DNA of 54,405 nucleotides, the filler included, from Streblomastix strix (lineage: Eukaryota): the NCBI GenBank assembly GCA_008636045.1. It is 3 parts of 3 records of this genome, joined end to end, with 100 filler letters (N's around TTAATTAATTAA, not from the genome) between each part and the next. Parts side by side here need not be neighbours in the genome. Positions count along the whole stretch, not along the records: positions 36,351 to 54,405 come from SNRW01000645.1; 2 more parts are not named here. One strand, given 5' to 3'. The notes below the pieces were generated by a model. It saw only the letters and a list, made by a program, of their open reading frames with translations. It made no database searches and was not told the origin of the DNA. Position 1 is the stretch's first letter, and the number at the start of each line of letters is the position of its first letter. Of this stretch, positions 53,501 through 54,405 are shown one piece after another. A program made the position numbers and the translations under genes.

Positions 53501-54405
53501 AAATAATACGAATGAAATATTTATTATTTATAAATAATTAATATCAGAAGAGAACCAGTTGATTTTGTTTAGATTATTTCTTTATCGTAAATAAGTTCTG
53601 TGTATAATAAATTTATAGTTAATTTCTTTAATTGTAAATTTTAAGATAAATTTACTATATTTTTATTAGAATATTTTAAATTTTAGTAGGAAAAGCAATT
53701 TTTTATATAAATTTAGGCTTATCTACTACTGTTCTATAATTTGAATAATTATGAGAAGAATTTGTTAGGAATAATTATAAATATTGCAAATAGATTTTTC
53801 TGGAGGAATAATAGTACAAACCAAATTCGAAAATTATTAGATATCATTTTCTAATAAAAATCCAATAAATTCAGTTTTTTGATTTATATTTTGGTAAATT
53901 TAAAAAAACATATGATATTAAATTGAAATAAATGATATGATCATTACAGCATATGTTAATTATTTGAATGATTCATTCAGTATTTCTGAATCGTCTTTTC
54001 ATCTTTTTTGAGTAAAATTAACAGTATTTATGTTCTATTGATATAATTTCATTCAGTTTCTATTCTTTATTCTGCAATATTCTGTCATTAAATAAATCTA
54101 TTCAACTTGTTCATGCATTTCTTTCTTTAATCTTTCTACAAATTAATCTCTTTAAGATTTGAATTTTTATTTTCTATTTCTATTTAAATTAATTAAATTA
54201 ATAATAATTCGATTTATGATGATTAATTTTCTTAAGTTTTTTCTCTTCTTCATTGTAATTCAAAATGTTTTCAATTAGTTTAGATTTCCATAAAAATTGT
54301 AAATAGATTTATTTTATGCTGAATATGAAGAGTTTAAATGTTCATTGTTCATTTTCCAGCTAGTTGTTGCAGAAATTTTGATATTTGCATACATTATTTA
54401 TGTTA
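50550..54405 (-). CDS. Multi-exon host ARM-repeat protein (partial, boundaries uncertain)
   Basis: KLIQKGIVPIVLKMLTSADEDVV, HPLRQPLAYDGTIDELIKY, AQIIASLYKAYPLP, DAIIEEGYLDN; GT-AG introns. Confidence 0.65.

Overview
The window is three ~18 kb contigs joined by artificial N/TTAATTAATTAA/N spacers (18076-18175, 36251-36350). The sequence is a very AT-rich, intron-containing eukaryotic genome in which TAA/TAG encode Gln and only TGA is stop, so the supplied ORF track is fragmented and largely misleading. An oxymonad such as Streblomastix would fit, but that is inference. Contig 1 holds decayed remains of a Polinton-like virus (protein-primed PolB, Fic gene, ORFans). It also holds two Prim-Pol/D5-like primase-helicase genes, each next to an inverted-repeat, iteron-rich putative origin. 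Contig 2 holds host genes (ARM+SPRY-like, importin-beta family, SLC12 transporter, RRM protein, FAM32A), shared upstream elements and a nested foldback repeat. Contig 3 holds the structural module of an endogenous Polinton-like virus: KilA-N, a 69-aa adenovirus-pVI-like peptide, putative major capsid, two fibre-like proteins, packaging ATPase and a second Fic gene. A truncated DIRS-like retroelement and a host ARM-repeat gene follow. All translations were done by hand and boundaries of degraded genes are approximate.
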